Made by a program: the position numbers and the translations under genes. From Promethearchaeota archaeon (GTDB lineage: Archaea; Asgardarchaeota; Lokiarchaeia; Sigyniarchaeales; SOKP01), in NCBI GenBank assembly GCA_048941605.1, contig JBHLNL010000007.1, forward strand, positions 1-54,953: a stretch of DNA of 54,953 bases, written 5' to 3'. Positions 9,628 through 19,253 of this stretch are shown here, piece after piece. The notes under the pieces were generated by a model. That model did no database searches, was not told the origin of the DNA, and saw only the letters and a list, made by a program, of their open reading frames with translations. Numbering within the stretch: the stretch's first letter is position 1; each line of letters starts with the position of its first letter.

Positions 9628-10704
9628 TTACCTTAATTTACCTTCTAGAAAACCTTTTATATATTTAGCATAAACTGTCTTCCAGCGAGTGGGGATTGAG
9701 GAAGCTATTGCGCATCCAATTCTGCAGCCATTACAAAAATCATAACTGTCATTTTTCTTCATTATCTCTTTAACCTTTTTAGAGTAATATATATTTGAAA
9801 TTGGGTACTTCAAAGCATTAAAACTTATTAATGGATGAATTTTACAAGGATAATTGATATATCCATCATGACTTATAAATAAATAAGCTTCTGCAACATG
9901 ACAACGCAAAATGTTTTGGTTATATATAGGAAACCCACCAAAACCGCCTCTCTCAACTACTTCAACACTAATAGGATCAGTTAAAACATTATGATATTTT
10001 TTTCTTAATTCTCGAATTAAACCTGCCCAGATTGAGATATCTGGAATCATTTCTTGAATATCTTGGATCTGATACCTCCCATTAGAATAATCTCTTATAA
10101 TATCTTCACATGGATATAACTCTATAGAGCATCCTAAATTCTCAACTAATTGGCAAATATCATCTAATAAGTGAATATTATCTTTCATAACTACCGTACT
10201 AATGATAGGTTTAATATCGAACTTATTAGCTAGTTTAATAGATTCGATTACTCTATCAAATACTTTAATTCCTCTCATTTTATCATGTAATTTTGCTGTC
10301 GGATAGTCCAGTGAAAGTAATACATAATCCAAACCTTCAATTTTTTGTTCTTTAAATAATTTAGGCAATAAAAATCCGTTAGAAGCTATACCATTCATAA
10401 AATCATGAATTACACCAGTGTAATATATTAATTCTGGTAAATCTTTTCTTAGAGTTGGTTCCCCACCTGTAAAAGAGAGTGAAAGGACACCTAAGTCTGC
10501 GACCTGATCAATTAATAATTTTATTTGTTCTGTGGTCATATCATTTCCTAAAATAGATTCAGGTAAAGAATGAATCGAACAGAATGGACACTTCCCATTA
10601 CAGCGAAGAGTTAATTCTATCTGAGCAGAATAGGGAATCTTACTACTAGTAAAATTGTTTAAAATAAAATTTTTTATATATTGAATCCATTTTTTAACTC
10701 TCAT
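9628..10704 (-). CDS. Radical SAM protein with C-terminal SPASM/twitch-like cysteines
   Basis: CNGKCPFC, FTGGEPTLR, DGYINYPC and CNGCRIGC. Confidence 0.9.
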   Translation of the reverse strand: MRVKKWIQYIKNFILNNFTSSKIPYSAQIELTLRCNGKCPFCSIHSLPESILGNDMTTEQIKLLIDQVADLGVLSLSFTGGEPTLRKDLPELIYYTGVIHDFMNGIASNGFLLPKLFKEQKIEGLDYVLLSLDYPTAKLHDKMRGIKVFDRVIESIKLANKFDIKPIISTVVMKDNIHLLDDICQLVENLGCSIELYPCEDIIRDYSNGRYQIQDIQEMIPDISIWAGLIRELRKKYHNVLTDPISVEVVERGGFGGFPIYNQNILRCHVAEAYLFISHDGYINYPCKIHPLISFNALKYPISNIYYSKKVKEIMKKNDSYDFCNGCRIGCAIASSIPTRWKTVYAKYIKGFLEGKLR

Positions 10705-10836
10705 TTGAGGAATTTATTTCTACACCGCATTTCCCTTATTAAATTTCTAATTAAGAATTTAAAGAAGTTTATTATTAAAAATCTAACTTATAGAATTAAT
10801 AACATAATCATAAAGATATCTACTTTGCAGAATTAC

Positions 10837-10852
10837 AAAAAAAATAAAAAAA
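10837..10852 (-). terminator. Oligo-T tract downstream of the Zn-ribbon gene
   Basis: A-run on + strand (T-run on -), 15 nt past the stop at 10867. Confidence 0.45.
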
Positions 10853-10866
10853 TATAATTCTTACGT

Positions 10867-11211
10867 CTAATATTCATACCCACACTGTTTACAGACGTAT
10901 TTTTTTGCATATATCTTTACTCCACCCATTTGATGCAAAACTTGGCTTTTATCTTCATGTGTGGCAAATGTGGTACTTCCACACTCTGGGCAAATTCTGC
11001 GACCCTCGACTGGAGGTTTCTCTTCTAATCGTGCTTCTTCCTTTTGCTTGTCGACTATAGCAGAAGGTTTCACTGTTGTAATAGCGGGAGTAGAAGGTGC
11101 TGATGCCACTGGAGTTGAACTTACAGATATAGGTTCAGCTTTCATTAATTTATCAAGTTTAAGGTTAATGTCTTCAAGTAGTTTTAATACTTTTTGTTCA
11201 AATTCTGACAA
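10867..11211 (-). CDS. Small protein: short coiled coil, P/S/T linker, Zn ribbon homologous to the gelsolin C-terminus
   Basis: EGRRICPEC...DKS...IYAKKYVCKQCGYEY; GAGGAG RBS before a TTG start. Confidence 0.85.
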   Translation of the reverse strand: MSEFEQKVLKLLEDINLKLDKLMKAEPISVSSTPVASAPSTPAITTVKPSAIVDKQKEEARLEEKPPVEGRRICPECGSTTFATHEDKSQVLHQMGGVKIYAKKYVCKQCGYEY

Positions 11212-11602
11212 TATAGTTCTCCTCTTAAAAATTATTTTTCAAATTTAATCTATTTTTTTAAAGAATTAATCTAAGTTTGATTTTATATACTTTGGTAAAA
11301 TGAAAAATCCTCAATCTTAATTGGAATAAATTGTTCGGATGAAGCATTGTAGAATGGTACTTATTTATCTTAATGCTTGAAATAATTGTTTTTGCAACAA
11401 TAATCTCCAATTTAAAGCTATTCATTAAAAAAAATAGAGGAATTATTTTGGTTAATGATTTCAATAATAATTTAAAAATTAGTTTGATTATCCTCTTGAT
11501 TTATAATATTCATTAATGAATTTAATTCATTAGAATAATTTAATTACCTATTATTATATTTATATTCATTTAAAAATGAAATAATTTGAATGTGGGTTTT
11601 AG

Positions 11603-13084
11603 ATGAAAAAACTGATTTTTGCTTATGTTTCTGATTGCTCAGACCCAAAAGATTTACTCCTAGCAGCAAGTATTCGTAAATTTGGAGGATCTTTATCAGG
11701 TTATCCAATTTGGGTTTTAATTCCAAAAAGGGAAGAAAGTGTTGTTAACGAGATAAAAAATTTATTTTTATTGCTGAATGTTGACCTCATTCCTTTTTCA
11801 ACTGAGGATGAGTCAAAATTCCCTTTTATTACCTATGTCCTTGCTGCCGCAAATGCTGAAGCATTAGCAAAAGAAAAAACAAAACTTCTTGCATGGCTTG
11901 GTTCAAATACAATTATTTTTAATGAACCAAAACACTTTCTTTTGGATAATGATAAGAATTTAGGTTATCGACCAGTTCATCATACTAATATTGGGTCATT
12001 TTATGATGAATCAATAGATCCATTTTGGGATCTAGTGTATCAAAAATGCAATATATCTAAAGAACAAATTTTTCCAATGAAAACACATGTTGACCATAAC
12101 AAGCTCCGCCCTTACTTTAATGCTGGTTGTTTGATCATTAGACCAGAGAACGGATTACTTCAATCATGGTGGAATACTTATAAAGAATTACATAATGAAA
12201 AGTGTATTAAAGATTATTACAATAAGAACTACATATATGCTATATTCATTCATCAAGTAATCTTATCAGGTGTAATACTCTCTACCATGGAAAGAAGTGA
12301 ACTTTTTGAACTGCCTTTTGATTATAATTATCCATTAAATCTATATTATAATTGTCCGTTTGTTTATCGGGCTAAAGATGTTAATAAATTAATTACAGTA
12401 CGTTATGAGGATTTAGGAGATCTTAAAAAGATTCCCATTCAAGATCCTTTGAAAAGTTGGCTAATAAGTCAAATAGATAACTTTTTCCTAAAAACATTAT
12501 CCTCTGTTGAGAAAGCTAAATTTGGAAAAGTACCTCTAATTTATCCTGTCCCGATTATTCTTGCAGGAGCACTTGTTAACAATAAACCTAATTTTGAGAC
12601 ATTAGGAGATGTTGGAATAATGGGCATTAATCCTCCACTTGTTTACATCTCATCAGGTCAAGATCATTATACAAATCAAGGAATTCTTGAACATGGAACC
12701 TTTAGTGTTAATTTTCCGACAACTCAACTTCTTGTAAAGACCGACTATTGCGGAATAGTATCTGGAAAAGATGAGGATAAATCACATCTATTTAATATTT
12801 TCTATGGTGACCTAAAAACGGCACCCATGATTCGAGAATGCCCTGTGAATTTAGAATGTAAAGTTGTTAAAGAATTCTCAATTCAACATCGACAGATTTT
12901 TATTGGAGATGTTGTACAGGCTCATGTTAGTGAAAATTATGTAATCATTAGCGAAGAAGGCCAAAAAATTGCAGATATGGTAAAATTAGATCCAATTATC
13001 TATGCATTAGATAATCGTTATTATAAAATTGGTGAAATTATCGGAATGGGATATCAAGAAGGCAAGAAATTTAAACAGGATTAG
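11603..13084 (+). CDS. Fusion of a GT8-like (GT-A) domain and a flavin reductase/flavoredoxin domain
   Basis: N-half has PYFNAGCLII and LPFDYNYP; C-half has IYPVPIILAG, HYTNQGI, DYCGIVSG, APMIRECPVNLEC and IFIGDVV. Confidence 0.7.
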   Translation: MKKLIFAYVSDCSDPKDLLLAASIRKFGGSLSGYPIWVLIPKREESVVNEIKNLFLLLNVDLIPFSTEDESKFPFITYVLAAANAEALAKEKTKLLAWLGSNTIIFNEPKHFLLDNDKNLGYRPVHHTNIGSFYDESIDPFWDLVYQKCNISKEQIFPMKTHVDHNKLRPYFNAGCLIIRPENGLLQSWWNTYKELHNEKCIKDYYNKNYIYAIFIHQVILSGVILSTMERSELFELPFDYNYPLNLYYNCPFVYRAKDVNKLITVRYEDLGDLKKIPIQDPLKSWLISQIDNFFLKTLSSVEKAKFGKVPLIYPVPIILAGALVNNKPNFETLGDVGIMGINPPLVYISSGQDHYTNQGILEHGTFSVNFPTTQLLVKTDYCGIVSGKDEDKSHLFNIFYGDLKTAPMIRECPVNLECKVVKEFSIQHRQIFIGDVVQAHVSENYVIISEEGQKIADMVKLDPIIYALDNRYYKIGEIIGMGYQEGKKFKQD

Positions 13085-13149
13085 AACAAATTTGAAAATC
13101 TTATACAAATAACTTGTTCATAACCTTATAAACTCATAAGGTCATTTTT

Positions 13150-13545
13150 TTAATATTTAATTAAATCTCTGCTTGCTATAATATTTATATCAAGTCCCAG
13201 AACATTTGATACTAAAATATCTCCCATTTTTATAGGCGCTTTGCTTTTCATTTTTGCAATTTCTTTAAGAGCTTCTTCTAATCGTTCTTTTGGAATTGGT
13301 TTGTCTGATCTTACAGGGATTAAGGGTAAGAATCCATTTTCTACTTGTATGGTTGTGGTAAGAATTCTCTTTGGTGCGACGAATTCTTCTCTTGCATATT
13401 CCTCTCCCCTCTTACATGAATGACCTTCTATAATCAATTCACCATTTACATTTTCAACATGAACAAGGCAACCAGTAGGACAAATAATGCATCTTATATC
13501 CTTAAATCCTTCTGGTAGCTCATTTTCTTTGGTTTTCGTTGATAT
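13150..13545 (-). CDS. DUF1667 / CxxC Fe-S small subunit of the G3P dehydrogenase operon
   Basis: Frame extends 36 codons upstream of the track start to include CIICPTGC; also CKRGEEYAREE and PKRILTTT; apparent ATA start. Confidence 0.85.
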   Translation of the reverse strand: MSTKTKENELPEGFKDIRCIICPTGCLVHVENVNGELIIEGHSCKRGEEYAREEFVAPKRILTTTIQVENGFLPLIPVRSDKPIPKERLEEALKEIAKMKSKAPIKMGDILVSNVLGLDINIIASRDLIKY

Positions 13546-13551
13546 TTCTCA

Positions 13552-13560
13552 TCACCTCCT
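13552..13560 (-). promoter_or_regulatory. Shine-Dalgarno AGGAGGTGA for the DUF1667 gene
   Basis: Strong SD motif 6 nt upstream of the ATA at 13545. Confidence 0.7.
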
Positions 13561-13567
13561 CTTTGGA

Positions 13568-14866
13568 TCAGTCTTCCTCAATTAAAACCTCCGGTCGAGG
13601 GATCACCTCGATTTCCAAGGTTTTACATTCAGGATCTATTTGTTGCTCACTTAAATTTAATTTTATTTCAATCATTTCACTAGGAATAACATATCGCCTC
13701 TTTCGTCTATACACAATCTTATTTTTTTCATCTTTAAATTGAATTAAAAGTCTTCTATCTGGTCGTTTAACTCTAAAGGTAAAAATGATATCTTTAGATA
13801 AATCAGTTCTATTAATTAAATCGGGCTTTATATAATTAACATTTTCACCGGGTTTACAGACTATTTGGTCTTTTTTTTCACTCTTTTTTCCAAATCTTTC
13901 CTTAATGTATTCAACAGCATTTAAACCTGCGCGCTTTGCTTCTGCCGATACCAAATCAACTAAATCATGAACTTGTAAAACATTACCGCATGCAAATATA
14001 CCATCAATAGTAGTCTCTAAATTATTGTCAATAATGGGACCACCCATTAGTGAGATTTCTGCTCCTGCTTCTCTAGTTAATTCATTTTCAGGAATTAACC
14101 CAACTGATAATAATAGTGTATCACATTCAATAAATTTGTCAGATCCTATAACCCTATCAAAATTTCTATCTACCTTTGATATTGTTACACCTTGAACTCT
14201 GTCCTTTCCATGGATCTTTGTTACTGTATAACTGGTAATTAAAGGAATTCCGTAATCTTCTAAACATTGTACTTCGTTTCTAATTAACCCACTTACGTAA
14301 GGTTGAATTTCGACAACAGCTTTTACTTGACATCCTTCCCAGGTTAAACGACGTGCCATAATCATACCAATATCGCCACTCCCTAAAATCACATACGTTC
14401 GACCAGGTAAATATCCTTCGATATTAACAAATCTTTGAGCTTGCCCAGCAGTGTATATTCCAGAAGGTCGAAATCCAGGAATATTAATTGCACCTCTTGT
14501 TCTTTCACGACATCCCATTGCAAGGATAATAGTTTTAGCTTGAATCTCGATTAGTCCTTCATCTTTGTTTACAGCATATAATTTTTTATCTGGAGTGAAT
14601 TCAATTACCATTGTGTCTAATTTAGAAGGAATTTTAAGTTCTTTTGCTTGATTAATAAACCTTTGCACATATTCAGGTCCAGTTAATTCTTCTTTAAATT
14701 CATGCAGACCAAATCCATTATGAATGCATTGGAGTGTGATTCCTCCTAATTCTTTATCCCTTTCTATAATTAAAACATCTAATTCAGCTTTTTTAACGAC
14801 AATAGCAGCAGCTAATCCAGCAGATCCCCCTCCTATCACAACAACATCTACTTCATATTTCTTCAT
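13568..14866 (-). CDS. FAD/NAD(P)-binding oxidoreductase (G3PDH-associated subunit)
   Basis: GGGSAG, QCIHNGFGL, LAMGCRER, GSGDIG and GIFACGNV; start overlaps upstream stop (ATGA). Confidence 0.9.
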   Translation of the reverse strand: MKKYEVDVVVIGGGSAGLAAAIVVKKAELDVLIIERDKELGGITLQCIHNGFGLHEFKEELTGPEYVQRFINQAKELKIPSKLDTMVIEFTPDKKLYAVNKDEGLIEIQAKTIILAMGCRERTRGAINIPGFRPSGIYTAGQAQRFVNIEGYLPGRTYVILGSGDIGMIMARRLTWEGCQVKAVVEIQPYVSGLIRNEVQCLEDYGIPLITSYTVTKIHGKDRVQGVTISKVDRNFDRVIGSDKFIECDTLLLSVGLIPENELTREAGAEISLMGGPIIDNNLETTIDGIFACGNVLQVHDLVDLVSAEAKRAGLNAVEYIKERFGKKSEKKDQIVCKPGENVNYIKPDLINRTDLSKDIIFTFRVKRPDRRLLIQFKDEKNKIVYRRKRRYVIPSEMIEIKLNLSEQQIDPECKTLEIEVIPRPEVLIEED

Positions 14867-16335
14867 TTTTCACTAATACCTCTTTTTTTGCTTTTCAACA
14901 TTAAATCTTTTGTTTTTCCCATCAAAAAATTAGTGTCTTCGCCCCTTTTTGTGATTTCTTCATATTTTTTATTCAACTCTCTTGAAAGGATTTCAATGAC
15001 ACGAGGACGACAAAATCCTCCTTGACATCTACCCATCCCAGGTCTGCATCGAAATTTAATTCCATCTACAGTATTAGCTCCAACTGGTGCATGAATAGCA
15101 TTAATAATTTCCTTTTCAGGAATAGTTTCACAACGACATATAATTCTCCCCCAAGCAGGGTCTTCTTGAATCTTTTTGTCAAGTTGTTCTTTAGTAAAGT
15201 CGTTAAATCTTTCAGGTTTAGGTCTAATTGGATTATAATCTTCTTTAACTTTTAATTCTACGCCTAACAGTTCAAGAAATTCAACAACCTTCTCTGCAAT
15301 TGCGAATGTTGCTGATAAACCAGGAGATAAAATGCCCGCTACATTAATAAAGCCATACACATCTGTATTATCAATTATAAAATCATAAGTGTCTGGAACT
15401 GCTCTTAATCCAGCAAAATTTCTAATTGAGCTTCTTACAGGAAGACCTGGAACTAATTTCATTCCTCCATCTAAAATTTCTTTTAAGCCAGCAGTTGTTG
15501 TTGAAATATCCTCACTATCAGTTATATTTTGAGCATTAGGTCCTACAAAAGTGTTTCCATGTAATGTAGGACAAACTAATATTCCTTTTGACACTTTTGT
15601 GGGAATTGGGAATAGGATCTTATTCAATTGAATAGCATTTCTATCAAAGAGAATATATTCTCCCTTTCTTGGCATAATGCTAAAATAATCTAAGCCCAAC
15701 ATTTTAGAAATTTTTGCTGCATATAAACCAGCTGCATTAATAAGATTTCGACCCTGAAATTCACCTTGATATGTTCTTACAGTGAAAATATAATCTTGAT
15801 GTTTAATTTTCACAACTTCATGATTTCTGAAAAATTTCACCCCATTCATAACTGCATTTTCTGCTAAAGCAAATGTTAGTTCATAAGGGCTAGCGAGTCC
15901 TGCAGAAGGTGCATATAAGACGCCCACAACCTCATCAGTTAAATGTGGTTCCATTTTTTTTATCTGTTTCTTATCTAATATTACTTCTAAATCAGGAACG
16001 CCATCTTCAATGCCTTTTTTTCGTTCTTCTTCTAATTGTTTTATTTGATTATCCTCTAAAGCTACAACAAACGAACCAATTCTTTTGAAGGGAAAATTCA
16101 ATTCTTTTGCTGCTTGGGTATATAATTTATTTCCTTTAATACATAAATATCGCTTAATATATTCTCTAGAAGAAGCATACCCAGCATGTATTACTCCAGA
16201 ATTAGCCTTTGTAGCCCCAGAAGCAACTTCTGCTTCCTTTTCTAGTAAACAAATCTCTAAGTTATATTTTGAAAGCATACGAGCTATAGAACAACCAGTA
16301 ACTCCGCCTCCAATTATTATGACATCGTAAATCAA
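14863..16335 (-). CDS. glpA: FAD-dependent glycerol-3-phosphate dehydrogenase (GlpA/LhgO-like) with BFD-like 2Fe-2S domain
   Basis: GGGVTG, TKANSGVIHAG, SKGILV, CRCE and GMGRCQGGFC; typical three-gene operon. Confidence 0.8.
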   Translation of the reverse strand: MIYDVIIIGGGVTGCSIARMLSKYNLEICLLEKEAEVASGATKANSGVIHAGYASSREYIKRYLCIKGNKLYTQAAKELNFPFKRIGSFVVALEDNQIKQLEEERKKGIEDGVPDLEVILDKKQIKKMEPHLTDEVVGVLYAPSAGLASPYELTFALAENAVMNGVKFFRNHEVVKIKHQDYIFTVRTYQGEFQGRNLINAAGLYAAKISKMLGLDYFSIMPRKGEYILFDRNAIQLNKILFPIPTKVSKGILVCPTLHGNTFVGPNAQNITDSEDISTTTAGLKEILDGGMKLVPGLPVRSSIRNFAGLRAVPDTYDFIIDNTDVYGFINVAGILSPGLSATFAIAEKVVEFLELLGVELKVKEDYNPIRPKPERFNDFTKEQLDKKIQEDPAWGRIICRCETIPEKEIINAIHAPVGANTVDGIKFRCRPGMGRCQGGFCRPRVIEILSRELNKKYEEITKRGEDTNFLMGKTKDLMLKSKKRGISEK

Positions 16336-16500
16336 TTATAGACAAACCCTTTAAATAATATTTTGGTTTAAAAATCTAAAATGGATATTAGAATCTAATC
16401 TTAACAAATATATATACCTTTTAAATTTATTAAAGAGAAGAATAGATTTTTAGAATCAAATTTACAAAATTGATTGTGTAGTTTTATTACACCTTTTAAT

Positions 16501-16842
16501 CTAAAAAATAGCGATTAATATAAACCAGATAAGATTAAATACAATCGCAAGAAGAATTAAAATCTTTGTTACGGGATTAAACATTGTATTCTTTATTCCT
16601 TTTGCCATCTTTGACTTTAACTCATTCTCAATGAGATTTTCAATCGCATTATTACTTGGGCTTGCTTCCTTTTTCATATGAATAGATCCCAGAAATCGAG
16701 GATTTACTAAACTTTTAATAATATTACCTAAATTATTTGAATAAAGTTGACTTTTCTTATTAATAACCGGAAGTTCCTTAAATTCTGTCTCATCTTTAGA
16801 TTCCTTATTTACTGGTTGCTTCATTCTTTTTTCCTTTGACAA
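16501..16842 (-). CDS. Hypothetical tail-anchored membrane protein
   Basis: Hydrophilic body; single TM (ILILLAIVFNLIWFILIAIF) at the very C-terminus; TTG start. Confidence 0.65.
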   Translation of the reverse strand: MSKEKRMKQPVNKESKDETEFKELPVINKKSQLYSNNLGNIIKSLVNPRFLGSIHMKKEASPSNNAIENLIENELKSKMAKGIKNTMFNPVTKILILLAIVFNLIWFILIAIF

Positions 16843-16959
16843 TTCACTAATTTTCTTTTCATTATTTAAAAATCAACATAATCTTAAATTTTTTTCGATT
16901 ATAGAACAAAAAAAGAATGTATCTTATAATTGATAAAATAATGATTTTATACATTAATA

Positions 16960-17346
16960 TTATAATTCTTCCAATGAATCTGCAATATGATTCTTAAATT
17001 CGGCAAATGTTTTTATATTCATTCCAACATTTTTTAAGATCTCTTCAGGATATATTTTAAAAAATTTTTTAGATATATTTCTTAACTCATTCAAGATTTT
17101 TTTAGCTTTTATTTCATTTGATGAATTTGCCACGAAAAGGAAATGATTATTCTTAATGATGGTAAAACGAATGCTACTCATCTCAAAATTAGAAATTCCC
17201 CCTTCAGTAAGGTTTTCAGCAAATGTATTCAAGGCACTCATTAACCCTCCAAAAACTTGTGGTCCTACTCTCGGATCAATTACTCGACTAAATACGGTTA
17301 AACCACTTTCAGTTAATATCCAAATATCTCTTACAACTTTTGCCAA
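16960..17346 (-). CDS. Longin-domain protein (Asgard type)
   Basis: IWILTESGLTVFSR, FGGLMSALNTFA, three strands, then LRNISKKFFKIY helix and F..F: beta-beta-alpha-beta-beta-beta-alpha-alpha pattern. Confidence 0.8.
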   Translation of the reverse strand: MAKVVRDIWILTESGLTVFSRVIDPRVGPQVFGGLMSALNTFAENLTEGGISNFEMSSIRFTIIKNNHFLFVANSSNEIKAKKILNELRNISKKFFKIYPEEILKNVGMNIKTFAEFKNHIADSLEEL

Positions 17347-17507
17347 AATAAATTCCTCGTTTTAATAAAATTCTCATCAATAAGATTGTATTTTATTAGT
17401 ATTAAGATTATGATTTTAAAAAATCACGATTTTATTAAAAAAGAATAATATATAACTTAAGTTGATTATCAAAATATAATTAAATATCAACATAAAAATT
17501 TTGACAT

Positions 17508-19253
17508 ATGGAACTAGATTATAATAAAATCTCTGAAGATTTGTCTATTAAGTTTAAGGAAATTGTCGGAGATAATTTTTTTTTTGATAATTATGAAATC
17601 AGATATAGTTATGCTTTCGGTTGTTCAATTTTTAACAAAGATTGGATTCCAGATTTAATTTTAATTCCACAAAATTCTCAACAAATTTCTGCAATTTTAA
17701 AATTAGCAAATGAAAATAAAATTCCAATTACTCCTCGAGGTAGTGGAACTAGTTTATGTTCTGGCTCATTAAGTCCATATGGTGGAATAATTTTAGATTT
17801 AAGTAATATGAGTAATATTATTTCAATAGATATTGATAATAATATTGTAGAGGTTGAGCCAGGGGTAATTTGTGATGAATTAAATGAAACATTAAAACCA
17901 CATGGATACTTTTTTCCTCCAGATCCAGGTTCAAGTTCTGTTGCTACGATAGGAGGAATGGTTGCTAGTAATGCAGGTGGCATTCAAGCATTCAAATATG
18001 GTGTTACAAAAAATTATGTAACATTTTTAGAAGTAATACTACCTGATGGGAGAATTTTAAATTTAGGTTCAAGAGTTTTAAAGTCTGTTTCTTCTTACAA
18101 TTTAAAAGACCTTTTTATTGGTTCTGAAGGAACTTTAGGAGTTATTACAAAAATTGGTTTAAGAATCCGCCCTTTACCGAAAACAAGAAAATTAGGGCTT
18201 TTTATATTTGATAATGTTGAAGATTTGAGGGATGCTGTTTTAGAGTTAAGACGAAGTGGGATCGTGCCAAATTTGTTGGAATTTATGGATAAACTCATAT
18301 TAAAAGCAGTCACTGATTATTTAGGAGGAGAGTTCTATGATTTTCCAAATGGATATGTCTTATTGGCAGAAGTTGATGGAGATTCTACAAGAGAAGTGGA
18401 TGAAATATTCACTATTATGTTTGACATCATTATTCAAAAAAATCCTATTTTCCATAAAGTTGCGATGACAGAAGAGGAACGAGAAAGATTAATTTTAGCA
18501 AGAAAAGCTAATCTTCCAGCTTTATCAAGAATCAGACCAAATTCATGCGTTGAAGATTGTACAATTCAAATTTCAGAATTTTCAAAGGTTGTAAAAAAAA
18601 TTGAGAAGATCCCTAAAAAGATCAATGCAAAAAACTTATTAGTTGCGATTATTTGTCATATGGAGGGAAATTTGCATCCCACTTTTCTATTTAATGAAAA
18701 TGATGAGCAAGATGTAAAAGATTTTAAAAAAGCAATAGATTATTTATACCGAAAAATAATCATCCCAGCAGGGGGGTCTATAACTGGTGAACATGGTATT
18801 GGAAAAATAAAAACTCCATATCTTGAACTAGAACATGATTCTAGTATAATTGATTTGATGGCTCAGATTAAAAAAATTTTTGATCCGAATATAATATTAA
18901 ACCCAGGAATTGGAAAAGGAGATAGCCGTACTTTAATGGAGGTTAGTAAAAAGCGTAAATTAAAAAAACACACTAATCAAATTTTGGAATTAAAGTGTAT
19001 GAGATGTGGTTTTTGTATCTCATGTCCATCGAGAATTAATTATGTTATAGAGACTTATAGCCCTAGAGGGCGTTTGAGTCTTCTTAATGGATTAATATAT
19101 GGCGATTTAGAATTAAGTGATTTAATCATTGATGTATTACATACTTGCACATTATGTGGACTTTGTCAGAGCAAATGCCCTGCAGGAGTAAACACAATCG
19201 AAATTTTTGAAAAAGTGAGAGAAATTATCCATAAAAATCGTGAAAAAAAATGA
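17508..19253 (+). CDS. FAD-linked oxidase (GlcD/D-lactate dehydrogenase-like) with C-terminal 2x[4Fe-4S] domain
   Basis: PRGSGTS, FPPDPGS, GSEGTLG, GNLHP, ITGEHGIG; CMRCGFCISCP and CTLCGLCQSKCP. Confidence 0.9.
   Translation: MELDYNKISEDLSIKFKEIVGDNFFFDNYEIRYSYAFGCSIFNKDWIPDLILIPQNSQQISAILKLANENKIPITPRGSGTSLCSGSLSPYGGIILDLSNMSNIISIDIDNNIVEVEPGVICDELNETLKPHGYFFPPDPGSSSVATIGGMVASNAGGIQAFKYGVTKNYVTFLEVILPDGRILNLGSRVLKSVSSYNLKDLFIGSEGTLGVITKIGLRIRPLPKTRKLGLFIFDNVEDLRDAVLELRRSGIVPNLLEFMDKLILKAVTDYLGGEFYDFPNGYVLLAEVDGDSTREVDEIFTIMFDIIIQKNPIFHKVAMTEEERERLILARKANLPALSRIRPNSCVEDCTIQISEFSKVVKKIEKIPKKINAKNLLVAIICHMEGNLHPTFLFNENDEQDVKDFKKAIDYLYRKIIIPAGGSITGEHGIGKIKTPYLELEHDSSIIDLMAQIKKIFDPNIILNPGIGKGDSRTLMEVSKKRKLKKHTNQILELKCMRCGFCISCPSRINYVIETYSPRGRLSLLNGLIYGDLELSDLIIDVLHTCTLCGLCQSKCPAGVNTIEIFEKVREIIHKNREKK

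Noticed and set aside
11258-11726. ORFs 11258-11464 and 11544-11726 (-)
   Set aside because: Lie in a divergent promoter region or overlap the 11603 gene; no coding features
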